Below, in pieces: positions 26,500 to 41,100 of a stretch of 64,000 bases of DNA; position 1 is the first letter of the stretch; every line of letters starts with the position of its first letter. Source of the stretch: Eledone cirrhosa (lineage: Eukaryota); NCBI GenBank assembly GCA_964016885.1, contig OZ024744.1, forward strand, positions 37,882,001 through 37,946,000, given 5' to 3'. Made by a program: the position numbers and the translations under genes. Below the pieces are notes generated by a model that was not told the DNA's origin, made no database searches, and saw only the letters and a list, made by a program, of their open reading frames with translations.

Positions 26500-26500
<1 letters not shown>
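25892..26500 (+). mobile_element. Non-autonomous RTE derivative (5'UTR joined to 3' end)
   Basis: RTE 5'UTR motif ctaggagaaggaaaactctga; [24 protein letters not shown] finger; 3' terminus tggccgtactcga..gcagccac shared with 36373-36410. Confidence 0.7.
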
Positions 26501-26547
<47 letters not shown>

Positions 26548-26566
26548 GTGTATGTATATATATATG

Positions 26567-26641
<75 letters not shown>

Positions 26642-26694
26642 GTATATATATATGTGTATGTATATATGTATGTATGTATGTATATATATATGTG

Positions 26695-26836
<142 letters not shown>

Positions 26837-27129
26837 ATATGTAGATTTTCATGTAGCTGTACCTTACCAAAAAGTTCAAATAATCCCTATCCATTGCCAT
26901 TTTCTATATTTTGTGAAATCTATGTGCAACTAATAAGATGTTATAAATCTACCTGAGCCGTTGGTTTAATTATTATTTATTATTCACGCTCTATGATTTT
27001 ACATTCATACAGTTTTGGTGATTGTTACCCTATAGAGTACACATTTGATAAATTTTGTTCCAAATATATATATATACTTGTTCCAAATATATATATATAC
27101 TTGTTCCAAATATATATATATACTTGTTC

Positions 27130-27163
<34 letters not shown>

Positions 27164-27189
27164 TAGTTCCTCAATAGTTAATAAACCAT

Positions 27190-27800
27190 CTCTGAGAACG
27201 ATGTGTTTCACCTCAAACGGGTCATCAGCTCGGTTTAAATGGGATATCACGGAAAATGGCACAAATAAACATGCGGAGAAGCTATTCTCAAAGGGGAGGC
27301 AACTCACGTTGGATTGATGAGAGAGGTAACTGTGAAAGAACACAATATAATAGATTATTCAGAATAGCCAGTCTAGGAGTGTTACATCAGATAGTCAGTC
27401 AGGGGATTTAGAATTACGTATAGGCGTTTTGACACGTGGGGAAAACATGAGTAGAAATCGGCTCCTGTTTTTAGATAAGCGCTATTTCGTAAACTTTTCA
27501 AGATATTGATTATTTCTTCAATGCACAGCCCGCATGACGCATTCCTATTTCCGTATGGCCTAGACGTGGTTATAACTTTCCATTGGATGGAGTAACCTTG
27601 ACGGACCATCTGTGGCTTGCGAGCTTCGTGGATGATCATTTCTCCGGGTGTCTAAACGTCGACAGATGATTTAGGATACCTTCTTTAAACCGGTCCGCCA
27701 CCACACCTACACAGGATTATACCGCTTGTTGTTGATTTGATCGGTTGGAAGTGACTACAGCTTTATAAATTACAGCGGGTGTGTTGCACTGTTGCTGAAG
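27190..27800 (-). mobile_element. Penelope-like element 3' fragment (GIY-YIG, probably Naiad-type) with pLTR
   Basis: AVIYKAVV...YSIQWKVITTSRPY...CGLCIEE..IL...PHVSK. Homologous to 48770-49080. Confidence 0.8.
27194..27231 (-). ncRNA. Minimal hammerhead ribozyme
   Basis: gag-CTGATGA-cccgtttgaggt-GAA-AC acatc GT-T-ctc. Confidence 0.7.
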
Positions 27801-28771
27801 AGGATAAGCTTCTGGCCTTCGGCAAGAGCATCTAGGTGGGTTTGCTCTCTTTGGATTGTTGGTGATGTGGGGTTTCATAAATTTAGCACAGGAGTAACCG
27901 AGTTTGCCCCTGTGTCTATTAAAGATAGAACGGTATTTATGACCAACACCGGTGTGACATCATCAGCTTTTAACACAATCGTATCAGTGAATTGATATGT
28001 CGCTGTTATACACTTCAATGTTTGCGAAAGTCCAGTGAACATACATAAATAAATAATTATATATATATATGCGTGTATGTGTGTGTTAGTGAGTGTGTAT
28101 GACAGAGTATTAGTGAGTGAGTGTGTGTGTGATTGCAGGAGTGTCTCTGTGTGAGTGTGTGTATGTGTATGCGTGAATGTGTATGTGTGAGTGTGTGTGT
28201 GTGTATGTGTGCATATATATATAGTGACTGAATACGCTCGTGTACGTTTTTTTTCTCTCTCCAATTTTTTCTCATTTTCTCCGTTCCTTCCTTTCACCAC
28301 ACTTTACTTTCTATTTATCTTCCATTTTTAACTCTATCTTCTGATGATGGACTTTGAGACTCTCTTGCTATTTCAAGCGTTAAACAAATATATTACTTAC
28401 ATGTACTGTGCCATTTGTTTTGTTATTTTTATTATCACTTTTACATACATATATATATATAGTTGGGTTACCGTTTAAGTCAAGAATTATTATCCATAAA
28501 TCGATTCCATTTCTGCCTCAAAATATATTATTGTTCCTGCTTGTCTATTCCTTAATCTTCTCCTTACATACTATAATGATGCAACAGTGTGTCCACTATA
28601 GTTAGTTATGTTAAAATATATATTTGTATGTACATATCCTAGCTGTAGCTATGAGGTGCTTACTGAGAAACTAATATAGATGTTAATTTCCGCGGTTTTG
28701 TAACATATTTCTGTCTTTCTCCACGGGTGATGAGGTAATATTATTAAGGTTTTTAATTTGGTCTGGATTTC

Positions 28772-28832
<61 letters not shown>

Positions 28833-29140
28833 AGCAGACACACAAACATTTATGCACGTCCTTGTGTTTTTCTATTTTAACTAAGATATATAATATATAT
28901 ATATATATATCGGAATTCAAAAGACAACAACGCAGGAGTACAAGTGACAAATGGTATTAGGTTCACGCTTAAATATATAAATATATATATAAATAAACAT
29001 ATATAATAAATATATAATTAAATATATAAATATATATACATATATATATATATATATATTTATAGATATATATATATTTATTTATATATTTATATATTTA
29101 ATTATATATTCATTATATATGTTTATTTATATGTATACAG

Positions 29141-29728
29141 ACGTACAGTAGTATGTATATATATACATACATGCACACTTATATATATGTACGTATGGAT
29201 TCACCGAACATTTATTATAATGCTCGGTTTGTTTGTAAACAAACATCCCGAATGAAGCCGTACAGTGTTTAGCAACCATCGTTGCCCTTTTGTTCAACAC
29301 TGACAAAGGAACGATGTACTAGTTTCAAGCTTATTAGCTATCGTCAGCACCGTATACCTTCCTGCCAGATGATTGAATGTGTGAAAGTATATACTTTCCT
29401 TATACATATTAACGGCTGAGCAGCCTAATTTGCATATCGAGTGAGTTAATCGGCCGGGCGCACCGAAAATGATAATCGGAAAAAAATGAAACGAAATTTC
29501 ATTTCTCACACTTAGTAGGGCTGTTTACTTAAATATAAGTATGTATACGTACATATATCTATATTAACGTACAGTAGTATGTATATATATATACATACAT
29601 GCACACATATATATGTACGTATGGATTTAACGAACATTTATTATAATGCTCGGTTTGTTTCTAACTTATATTTAAGTAAACAGCCGTACTAAGAGTGAGA
29701 AATGAAATTTCGTTTCATTTTTTTTCCA
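29141..29728. repeat. Direct repeat (29141-29234, 29567-29660) combined with an inverted repeat (29478-29540, 29663-29728)
   Basis: Seen directly; the arrangement resembles a Penelope pLTR. Confidence 0.75.
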
Positions 29729-30046
29729 TATATATATATAGATAGTTATTTATTTATTCAATTTAAACGCCCGTGTAGAGCTAGTATTCCATGACAGACT
29801 CGGGGAAGTATCGGGGCCTCCTTACAGTTAGTAATCAAAAAGAGCTAGTGAGACAAGTAATAAAAAGAATGGAAAAAAGAACAGAAAAGAAAGAAAACTA
29901 AAATAGAAATAAAAAGAGAAAAGGGACAAAATGAAATAACAAAAATAACATTTTAAATATTGAAAGAGGCCAATGGGAGTCAGATTATTAAGAAAAGTAA
30001 AAGGAAAATAGAAACAAGGGAAGCTGTATATATATATATGTATATA

Positions 30047-30829
30047 TATAACGGAATACTCCTGCATTGAAACCGGCGAAGAGTCAAAACCGAATCTGAG
30101 CTTTCCTAATTCTGGGACAAGCCGTGGTTGGTTGTTTATACCCGGCAGACCAACCCCTTGGGAGATGCTAACAACAGGTCAGATGACGGTTGTTTACGCC
30201 CAGCAGAAAAGAGGTCAGATGATACATCCATCCTTCTAACTTCAACCGTTATAAATACAAGGGTTGTTTACGCCTGGCAGACCAACCCTTTGGGAGATGC
30301 TAACTATATTTCAGATTATATATCCATCCTTCTAACTTCAACAAAGTTATAAATACAAGGATTTCTTCATGCCCAGCAGAAAAAGTGGTACCACAGATAA
30401 GAGAGGAGGTATTCACTTACGCTGTCAAACTCCCTTCACGAAAAACAAGTCCGTCCACTAATTTCTCACATGCCATTCCCGCCTGGCTGATTGAATACTA
30501 CTACTGCTAAGACAAGAAAGTATACTAATACGCACACACGCACACATAGTAAGTTCACACTGCTTGCATTTTTACACGCACCATTTCTGTCTTTCATATT
30601 GTAACTTTCAGATACAATACAAATTATATTATAATCGTATTCTGTGAAACTTGTATTTACGTGACTCGAAGAGCTACCAACTTATTGTACTATATTTCAT
30701 GTTATAGATTTTATCATTCAATATTCAAATTGAATATTGGTATAATAAAATAAACATTGTAACAACACAATCTTGGTATTATTCTTTGCATTGAAACCAT
30801 CATACCAACAATTCCATCTATCCGTTACA
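30047..30829 (+). mobile_element. Probable solo LTR
   Basis: Termini tataacgga / tccgttaca (TG..CA type, one mismatch), internal duplicated blocks, TATAAAT and AATAAA motifs, TA-repeat flanks. Confidence 0.5.
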
Positions 30830-31301
30830 TATATATAAATGTAAATCCAAAGAATCATTAGATAAAATATATACAGTATTTCCTCTCCCAATTAACCTCA
30901 TAAAAAATCATTTAAACGAGGCTATAAGTTAAAAATGTACTTATGAAGAAATAATAGACAAATGATACAGATTATTTTCCGCGATGTACAGCTATATGAC
31001 ACTTATCTAATTATTTCTTCTAGTCTGTAGAAATTGACTAGACAAATAGTTAACTAAACGGAATTAGGTACAAAATAGAAATTTGAAGAAAAAATGCACA
31101 TAAATTTTACCAGAATCCTCATAGTCTCTACACCTGTGGTTTCGTTCCACTTTTTGGATATACCAGGTCTTGGATAAATCAACGAGGTTTGGAACTCATC
31201 AGGAGATACCCCAGACAGGATTAAGTTTCCTCTACCATGATCCCCGCCAGAAATGAATTCAAAATGGCTAAGAACCATCACGTGGCCAGTGGTCAAGGCA
31301 G

Positions 31302-32184
<883 letters not shown>

Positions 32185-32604
32185 TAAATATATATATATA
32201 TCAACTAGAAATTGATTGACATATAAATAGACATATGAAACAATCACAAGGGATAATTTGTAAAAGTGTGTAAGCACACATAGCTAGGTAGGTAACTAAA
32301 TGAAGTTTAACTACAAATTCAAAAATAGATACCTTATAATTTGATTAATCTTCCTCGTATATATTCCATTAAATAAATATATTTCACCAATTAATCGATT
32401 GGTAAACGACAGAAGCCAGATCCTGGATTTTCAACGGGGAAGATTTATTTCTATGTCAATCAATTTCTAGTTGATATAAAATGCTCGGATCTACTCATTA
32501 GAATCTTGGAGCATATTTTACGGGTGATATGGCGCATGTCTATCTGGCATGACACCCTTAATTTAATTTGATTTAATTTAATTTAATTCAATTTATCTTA
32601 ATTT

Positions 32605-32667
<63 letters not shown>

Positions 32668-32768
32668 AGTAAGAATATTTTCGAAACAGCGAGTGGGTTT
32701 GAAATTATTAGAAATGTAGCTATCGCCGTATTTTGACTAAAGAAATTAAAGAAAGTATTTAGCCCTCA

Positions 32769-32832
32769 GAGAAATGGAAAAGGATGAGTATTGACATACA
32801 TGTACGTCAATACTCATCTTTTTCCATTTCTC
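32769..32832. repeat. Hairpin within a dispersed palindromic element (relative at about 45440-45612)
   Basis: gagaaatggaaaaggatgagtattgac / gtcaatactcatctttttccatttctc. Confidence 0.8.
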
Positions 32833-33079
32833 CCGCACCAGTAGCTTTCACACGCACGAGTAGCTTTCACTCCAATTTATTATAAATTAAATTTATAAAT
32901 TTAAGAATTTATAAATATCTCTCTTGCTGAACGTATTAAAACGACAATATTTAATAAAAAACCAAATAATGAAATATTACGTGTTATTGACGAAATAGGG
33001 GATGAATATTTACGATGGATAAAAACCCCAACATTTTGGCAAATCAACGCCTGTTTATATACCTTAGTAACGACATTGA

Positions 33080-35096
33080 AACATTATCTTGGTGATAGCA
33101 GAAATATTAACAAGAACAAAACACCACCAAAAAATACCATCATATATAACTAAAATGGAAAAACAGAGTGCTGACCTACGAAAAAACATAGGATATGTGA
33201 TAATGCTCCTTAAATGCAAACAAACACAAAAAAACTCACTCCTTACCAACAAAGAGTGAAAAATAAAATAGAGACGCTTTTTGGTAACAGTAGAACCAGA
33301 ACTCTTCAATATAAGCTGATCACACTCAAACAAGAATTGAGAGCTGTTAGAGAAAAACGCCGATACCTGAAGAAGGTAGATGAGAGACAAGTGCTTAATA
33401 AATGATTCAGACGAAACCAAACATCAGTCTATAGAGATATGAAGAACAAAATAATAAGTGTCACTGAGGCCCCATCCTCTTATCCTTTCTGCTCAAGAAA
33501 TGTGAAGGATACATCATTGGCTCACAGGAGGACAGAAATACGAACATAACCCATAATTTCTTTGTGGATGATCTGAAACTCTATGCCAAGAACATGGATG
33601 GGATGGAGAAACATCTTGACCTTGTTACAACGTTCTCAAAGGATATAGGAATGGAGTTTGGCCAAGATAAATGCTCATACATGACTGTAAAGCGGGGGAA
33701 AACAACAACCAATCTAGCAACATTGTCATCAATGGCCTAACATTTTCACCGATATCTGATGAGGACTGCTACAGATACCTGGGGATAGATGAGAACATAT
33801 CCCATAATGGTATCTGTAATAAAGAACGCGTAACCAGGGAATACTAAACCCGATTAAGAAAGATTTGGTCATCGGAACTCTCTGCGCAAAACAAAACAGT
33901 GACTCACAATGTGTTAGCTCTGTCTGTCCTAACACCAATATTTGGAATACTCAATTGGACGATAGACGTAATCCGAGCAGTTGATGTTGGAACTCGTAAA
34001 ATACTAAACAACACCGGAAACTTCCACATCAACAGTGACATATACCGCCTTTACTTGAAACTTAAGCAGGGAGTCAGAGGCCTAACATCAGTCCAGACAG
34101 CATTTGAATGTCGCATCATATCTCTCCGACAACATCAACGAACCTCGAAGCGTAGGTGCCCGCTTCTCGAGCAAATCTATCTGCATGAAACAGATAAGAT
34201 CATAAGAGTTGGGAAGGAACTCCTCGAGAGATATTCCCTGTGTGATAATCAAAAACTCACACCCAGGGAAGTCGCTCAGCAGTACCGCAGTAAATCCATG
34301 GGTGAAAAACTGCATGCTTATCAGCGAAAAATAATGCATGGATATGTTGCCAGGAAGCTCCAGAGTGAGAGTAATATAGATAAAGGAAGTAGTCTATCTT
34401 AGACCAACAACCGCTATATTGGCTCCCACTGTGAAGGATACGCTTTTGCAATCCAAGAACAGGAGATTAACACGAAATACCTGATTCACAAAAGAGATAG
34501 GGATGCAGGCAAAACACCTAGTTGTGATAACAAGTGCAGACTCTGCAGAATTAACATCTAAGATGTAACCCATGTCATAAGCAGCTGTCCAAAGATGTCA
34601 TCACGGTAATATCTACCTATGAGGCATGATGTAGTAGCCAAAACACTGTACAATGCAGTCCGTAAAAAAGATAGCACCGATAATAAACACATTAAAAGCT
34701 ACAGCAATGTGGAAGACATCCATATACATAATATGAAAGAGTAATGATGGAATGTTCCAGTAAAAACCCAATAAAATGCAGGCATAACAGACCAGATATT
34801 ATGATATGGGACAGGGAAAAGAAGGCATGCACAGTAGTGGAAGTCAGCTGCCCAGCAGATTCCGATATAATATTAGCGAAAAGGAGACCATTTATGGAGA
34901 ACTGATGAGAAATCTGCAGATACTCCGCCCTGAGTATACCTTCAGATTTATGCCTGTGATTATTGGAGCACTGGAGTATGTTAGTAACTGCCTCAATACA
35001 AATCTTGAGAAGCTAGGCTTCACAGGAACAGAAAGAACACAACTAGTTAGGAAATTACAAGTACAATCCATTAATGGAAAAGTAAAAATATATGTA
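33080..35096 (+). mobile_element. R4/Dong-clade RLE LINE, decayed with internal deletion
   Basis: FFVDDLKLY, MEFGQDKC, YRYLG, AIQEQEI, CRLC..HVISSC, HNRPDI..VVEVSCP, PVIIGAL. Confidence 0.88.
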
Positions 35097-35109
35097 TGTG
35101 TGTATGTTT

Positions 35110-35262
35110 TACATATTTTTACTGTTCCATTAATGGAACGTACTTGTAATTTCCTAACTAGTCGTCTTCTTTCTGTTTCTGTGAAGCCTAGCTTCTCAAG
35201 ATTTATATTCAGGCAGTTACTAACATACCCCAGTGCCCCAATAATCACAGGCTTAAATCTGA
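35110..35262 (-). mobile_element. Inverted second copy of the R4/Dong 3' end
   Basis: Reverse complement of 34942-35096. Confidence 0.85.
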
Positions 35263-35279
35263 TGTATGTATGTATGTAG

Positions 35280-36490
35280 GATTAGGAAAGCAAGTGATGC
35301 TTTCGGAAAGCTAGAAAGGCGACTCTGGGGTCGAAGAGACATATGCAAGAAGTCAAAGGTATAGCTTTACAAGGCATATGTGCTCTCTTCTCTTCTTTAT
35401 GCCTGCGAGACCTGAGTCACATATCGACACCACCTTAAGCAATTGGAGCGTTTCCATCAGATGTGTCTCAGACGGATCCATGGCGTTCACTGGAGGGACC
35501 ACATCAGTGATATCGAGATTTTGGAAAGCTCTATGTGTGACAGTATAGAAGCTCATGTGCTTAAGCAACGACTCCGTTGGAGTGGTCACCTTGCCAGGAT
35601 GAAGTATTCTAGAATACCAAAACAACTCTTTTATGGAGAGTTAGTTAAAGGAAAACGACCGCCACATAAACCACAAAAGTGGTATAAGGATTCCTTGAAA
35701 GCCTCTTTGAAAGACGCTAACATCTCTGCTGATACATGGGAAAATATTGCTGCTGATCGTAATAAATGGAGAAAGACTGTATATGAGGGAAAAGTTGCCT
35801 TTGAGGCATCTCGAATCGCATACGAGAAAGCAAAGCGGGATGTGAGGAAGGGCATTGCTGTTGCACTTCCAGTCGGCGAGGGTCCTCATATGGTGCTAAC
35901 ATGCAGCGTCTGTACGAGACTCTGCCTAAGCAAAGCTGGACTCAAAAGTCATCTTCGCCGTCATAAAGTAAGACCAGTGGTTGACTACCAGGCTGCTGTT
36001 GGAGATGCTACTCATCATGCTTGCCAAACATGTGGTAGAGAATGTAAATCAGCAGGAGGGCTCAAGCGATATGCAAAAGTACACGAACTCCAACCACAGC
36101 CGACTATTCCCAGTGAATGTTTTGGTTGCCGACTCTGTGCAAGACATTTTAGATCATTGGCTGGGCTAAAAAGCCACATTCGATCGCAGCGCTGTTAGTT
36201 GCTATCGTGTGTGTGTGTATAGATATGTTTATATGTGTGCGTGTGTGTGTATATATATATGTATATTATTATTGTTGTTGTCGTCGTTATTATTATTGTT
36301 GTTATTATTATTAATATTGTTATTAATATATATGTATATATATGTATATATATTTTTTTTTTTCTGGTGCAATGGCCATACTCGATAACGAGGGGGCAGC
36401 CATCATCATGTATGTATGTATATATGTATGCATGTATGTATGCATGTATGTATGTATGTATGTATGTATGTATGTATGTATGTATGTATG
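35280..36490 (+). mobile_element. RTE-clade LINE 3' portion ending in three C2H2 zinc fingers, with (GTAT)n tail
   Basis: LRWSGHLARM..RIPKQLFYGEL..GKRP..YKDSLK..WE..AADRNKWR, then CSVC..GLKSHLRRH, CQTC..GLKRYAKVH, CRLC..GLKSHIRS. Confidence 0.88.
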
Positions 36491-36868
36491 CCTATATGTA
36501 TGTATATGTTTATGTGTATGTTATATATATGTATGTTTGTATGTTGATATGTGTCTGTATGTATTTATGTATATATATGTATATATATATATATATAAAT
36601 GGAAGAGAGTTGTGTGAACATAAGTGTGTGAGGGCGCGCGCGCGTTTGAGAGGTGTGGGGGTAGATAAACCGTTTTATACTCAGAAAGTGAACCCCCACT
36701 GGATAGCTAATGCTGACATATATTTATGTTAAAAGTCTCTGATTCATATATTTATTTAATTGCGAAATGTTGTCTCCATAATCATGGCCATTTTGTCTCG
36801 AAATGAAACAGAAAGATACATTTGCATATAGATACATATGTACACTTCTATAAAATACTCATATGTGC

Positions 36869-36931
<63 letters not shown>

Positions 36932-36947
36932 AATGTATATTGTATAG

Positions 36948-36994
<47 letters not shown>

Positions 36995-37036
36995 GTATAT
37001 ATATATATATATATATACATTATATATATATATATA

Positions 37037-37079
<43 letters not shown>

Positions 37080-38145
37080 AATGTATATGTGTATAGATAT
37101 GTATATATATATATAATGTATATATATATATATACATATATATATATAATGTATATATATATACATATACACTACTATATGTGTATGTGCGTATGAGATA
37201 CGCAAATAGCAAACATTTCTCCCTTGCCTGTTCACACAAAAACACATACACATGCACACACACACACTCACACACACACTCGCGCGCGCGCTCATATACA
37301 CACGCTCACATACACACACGCTAACACATTAAACTACGTACATTTAGCGTGGATTTAGCCTACATCTGCTCAGTTAACAGAGCAAATAAATAATAATAAA
37401 AACGAATTCGATGTTTTACTCATTTCGGTCATTCCAGTTGTCTGTACTTATACTGGGGCAATATATTTCAATGTATTACTTGTTATATCTATTTCTATTT
37501 GCCGAACCGCTTCGAAGGAGTATGAGAGAGAAGAGTTTGAGAGAGAAAAATGAGAAAAAAGGGAAAGAGGCAGAAAGAAGTAACGGAGTGAAAGAAGAAA
37601 GTAGGAGGAAGAATAAAGAGGAGAGAAATTAGCGAAAAAGAATCGAGAGAAGAAGAGGATATGTAAGAGAATACGAGAGTGTAAACCTGAGAGAAAGTGG
37701 AATAGTGGAAGATAAAGACAAAGAGACACGCAACAAGAGAGGAAGAATGGGATGGACACGAAAAGAGATGTATAATTGATAAAAGTAGAATGCACTTCCT
37801 TTAAAATTTGAAGTAGATGTTTTATTCCTAAAACGTGTTATGCACTATCCAATATATAGCAACTGATATCTGTGTATAAGGCTAAACCTAACTGAATAAG
37901 ACATTTATTCACAGAGACAGTTCGTTGTAAAACCCTTATTCAATAAACTACTTTAGTATCTCACGGTGATTGTATTTTATTCAACTTTTGTAATGTCTGC
38001 AAAAATATAATATTCTTTTATGAAATATCTCGGCATCACCGGGTATATCTCCTAGCCGTACAATAAAAGATATTTATAGATTTTGGCTAACTCTAAAGAA
38101 AATATTTTTCTTTATATGAAATATGGCCGTTGACATGAATAAAGA

Positions 38146-41100
38146 ATGATTCTGTTTCAGGTGAAGCCAAATCAAATAGAAAAAATCCTAAATCTGATAC
38201 AGCCGTTCAACAGGGTTGAGCTTCGAATAAATATTCAAAGCAAAAAGCTAAAATGCTATCTGTGTGGGGCCCTAAACCACCTAAGAGCCACTACTACCAA
38301 AAATAGGAGACAAGAGGTTAATGCTACTACCAAAACCGTAACTTCAAGGAGGCAAGAGGTCAGTGCTACTACCTACACCACAGCTTCAAGGAGACAAGAG
38401 GTCAGTACTACTACCTACACCACAGCTTCAAGGAGACAAGAGGTCAGTTCTACTACCTACACTACAGCTTCAAGGAGACAAGAGGTCAGTGCTACTACTC
38501 ACAAAAACAAGAACGTCAGTATGCTACACATAAGCAACATCAACAACAAGAATAGCTACGGCAGGAACGCCAAAAATAACACCAACAACTACACTAGCAG
38601 CTGCAAAATTAACAACAAAAAAAAAAGAAACTGCGATAACAACAGAACCAACATCAGCCACATGAACAAGAAAAGTTTCAGAAAGGATCATCAACAGAAC
38701 CACCCATGTAGTCTCCCAACATAGCTCGCTCGCGCACCTTACTTCAAACACACACATATAGACCCTCGCACACACAAACGCAGTCAAAACTATATCTGAG
38801 ACAGATTCTGCAGACAGAGGTACCTCCTGGTCTCAAAGTGAAGATGAGGGTAACCTCCAAAACCAAGGAAACAGGAATAAGACACAAAACAAATATCTTG
38901 CCTTGCACGAACACACACTCCAGTCAACATACATACCACAATGATCACTAAGATTACCAGCGCTACCACCCCCACCACACCAATATTATCACAACCACAA
39001 CTTCCCCACAGAAAGAAAACACACACAACAACATTACGACTAACCAACCTCTCACTATACTTTATGCTTGTGAAGAGTGTCATTGGAGAATTGATAGCGC
39101 TCATAAAACGAAGTAACAAGCTATGAGGCCAGGTAGCAGTGCTATTTAGGAAAGGCTTGAATCTCGATGTACGGATGATCTTCCTGGTCCCAGACGGTCA
39201 ATTTGTGGTCCTGGAAGTGAGCAATAGCAAAGTGCTTTAACACTGGTGGCAGTTTATACCCGATTCAGGCAGACCTGAATTTCATCAGGTGTCGGAATGC
39301 CTATCTTGGAACATTATATCCTTTTCTGTTAGCGGCATCTGGTACAGCATGGGAGTAGCTAAGAGAAGTTGGGGTTGAAAAACCTTCAAGAAACTGATCA
39401 GATGATTCAATTGACTGACAAGTACCTACTAGATTTTCCCGAATACGCCAGGTTGGACATGGAGTAATATCATAGGTTCATCGTATTAGGGTAGGTTTTT
39501 CATTAGATCAGAAGATAAGGATAGCATAGGATATCCACAGCTACAAATGGTCGCCTTTTCAGACCAGAACCTTGATGTGTGCATTATCTACCTAGATAGA
39601 ATATGTAGACAGCAATCCGGTTACTGGAAACTTAACGCATCATTCCCGGTGCGTTAGCCTACAGAAACCGCTTTAGCACATTAATTAAGCAACAGTTGAC
39701 AGGGTAAATCGTCAACAAGTGGTGATGTGCTCTTAAGAGAGAGATTAGAGTAAAATCAATAGCCTTTAGTAAAGAAGCAGCTATAGAAAATATATAGAAC
39801 ACTGGGTAAGTTAGTAGCTAAATTAGAAGAGATGATTATGAATGGTATTGCAACTGACATGGTAGTTGCGAGAATGGCACTAGACCATTTCTTCAATGCA
39901 CATAGGTTCCATTGTCAGAGCTAAGGCGCGTGCTCTAGGAAACGGAGTAACGGGCGATGCAGTGTGCTGCGAAAAGTCCATAACAGCAGATGAGATACAA
40001 GACGCCTTGGGCGGCTGTACGAGGTGCAGATCATCGTGTTTGGAAAGTCTACCCTACAAGTTTTATGTAGTCATGGCAGATTTGTTTTCCAATATCCTCG
40101 CAGCTCTTTTACTGCAACTGGCAACCGAACAGAATAATTCCCAGTTCTGTAAGCTGTGGAGTATTGACACTGACAAGGAAATACGGGAACAGCGTGGACG
40201 TCTAAGATGATTTCCGGTTCATAATTCTGCTTAACACAGAGCTTAAGACTTTGGCCAAGGCGCTTGCAGCTAGGTTGGCGCTTGTCTTCATGTGTCTGGT
40301 CAGATAAGCGCAAACATGCGCAATCCTGACCTGTTCAATATCACAAGCGATGCACCAGGGAGATTTTAGGCAGAAAACCTGGCTTTCGTGGTGCTCTGAT
40401 CAATTTATAACAATCGAAAGATATTGATAGAGACGACCATTGATACCTGGAGGCCCTCCTCAAGACAGTCTGTTTCGGTTCCGTCTTCTGCGATATCTGC
40501 ATGTCAAAGAAAATGGCCGCTTATCGTAACAGTTTCAGATCACGCCCTCCTTCTGCCAAGGATGCCCTCTTTCAACCCTTCTGTGTATGCTGGTTTTCGA
40601 GCATTTACTGCTGAAGCGCTTGAACGGGGCCGCGGAAGGGCTGTGTCAGCATGATGTTGTCGACCACCTTGTAAATCGAGGTGGTCGGCAGCTTCTTAGA
40701 GGAAAAGAAAACGTTGACAGGAACAGATATTAACCCGGATAAGTCGGTGGCTGTGCAGCTCGGCACCTGGAGAGGCAAATCAATGCCGGTCAACATTGAC
40801 GCTGAATGGACGGACCTGTGAAACTGATCCGGGTCTGGTTCGGTCCGGACATCCAGGTGGATAAGAACTAGAATGAAATAACGAACACGGTGGTCACTCT
40901 TACCCGGAAATGGGCCAAGAGGTAACTCTCTCTGAGAGATAAGGAGAAGTGGGAAACGTGTACATCGGACATTCATTTCCACTCGACCGCTGTTCCTTGA
41001 CCTAGTTTACGTCTCCGTAGATTGGAGCACCTGCTTTTTTTCACTTTTTGAGGGAAGGACGGGTTCCACTGGTCTGGTGGTTTATCTGTTATCTGCTGCC

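Noticed and set aside
31054-31296. 80-aa ORF and a CTGATGA on the minus strand
   Set aside because: No recognisable domain, and no correctly spaced GAAA or stems for a hammerhead
38300-38500. Regular 42-bp repeats resembling a CRISPR array
   Set aside because: No unique spacers; it is an in-frame tandem repeat in a LINE ORF1 in eukaryotic DNA
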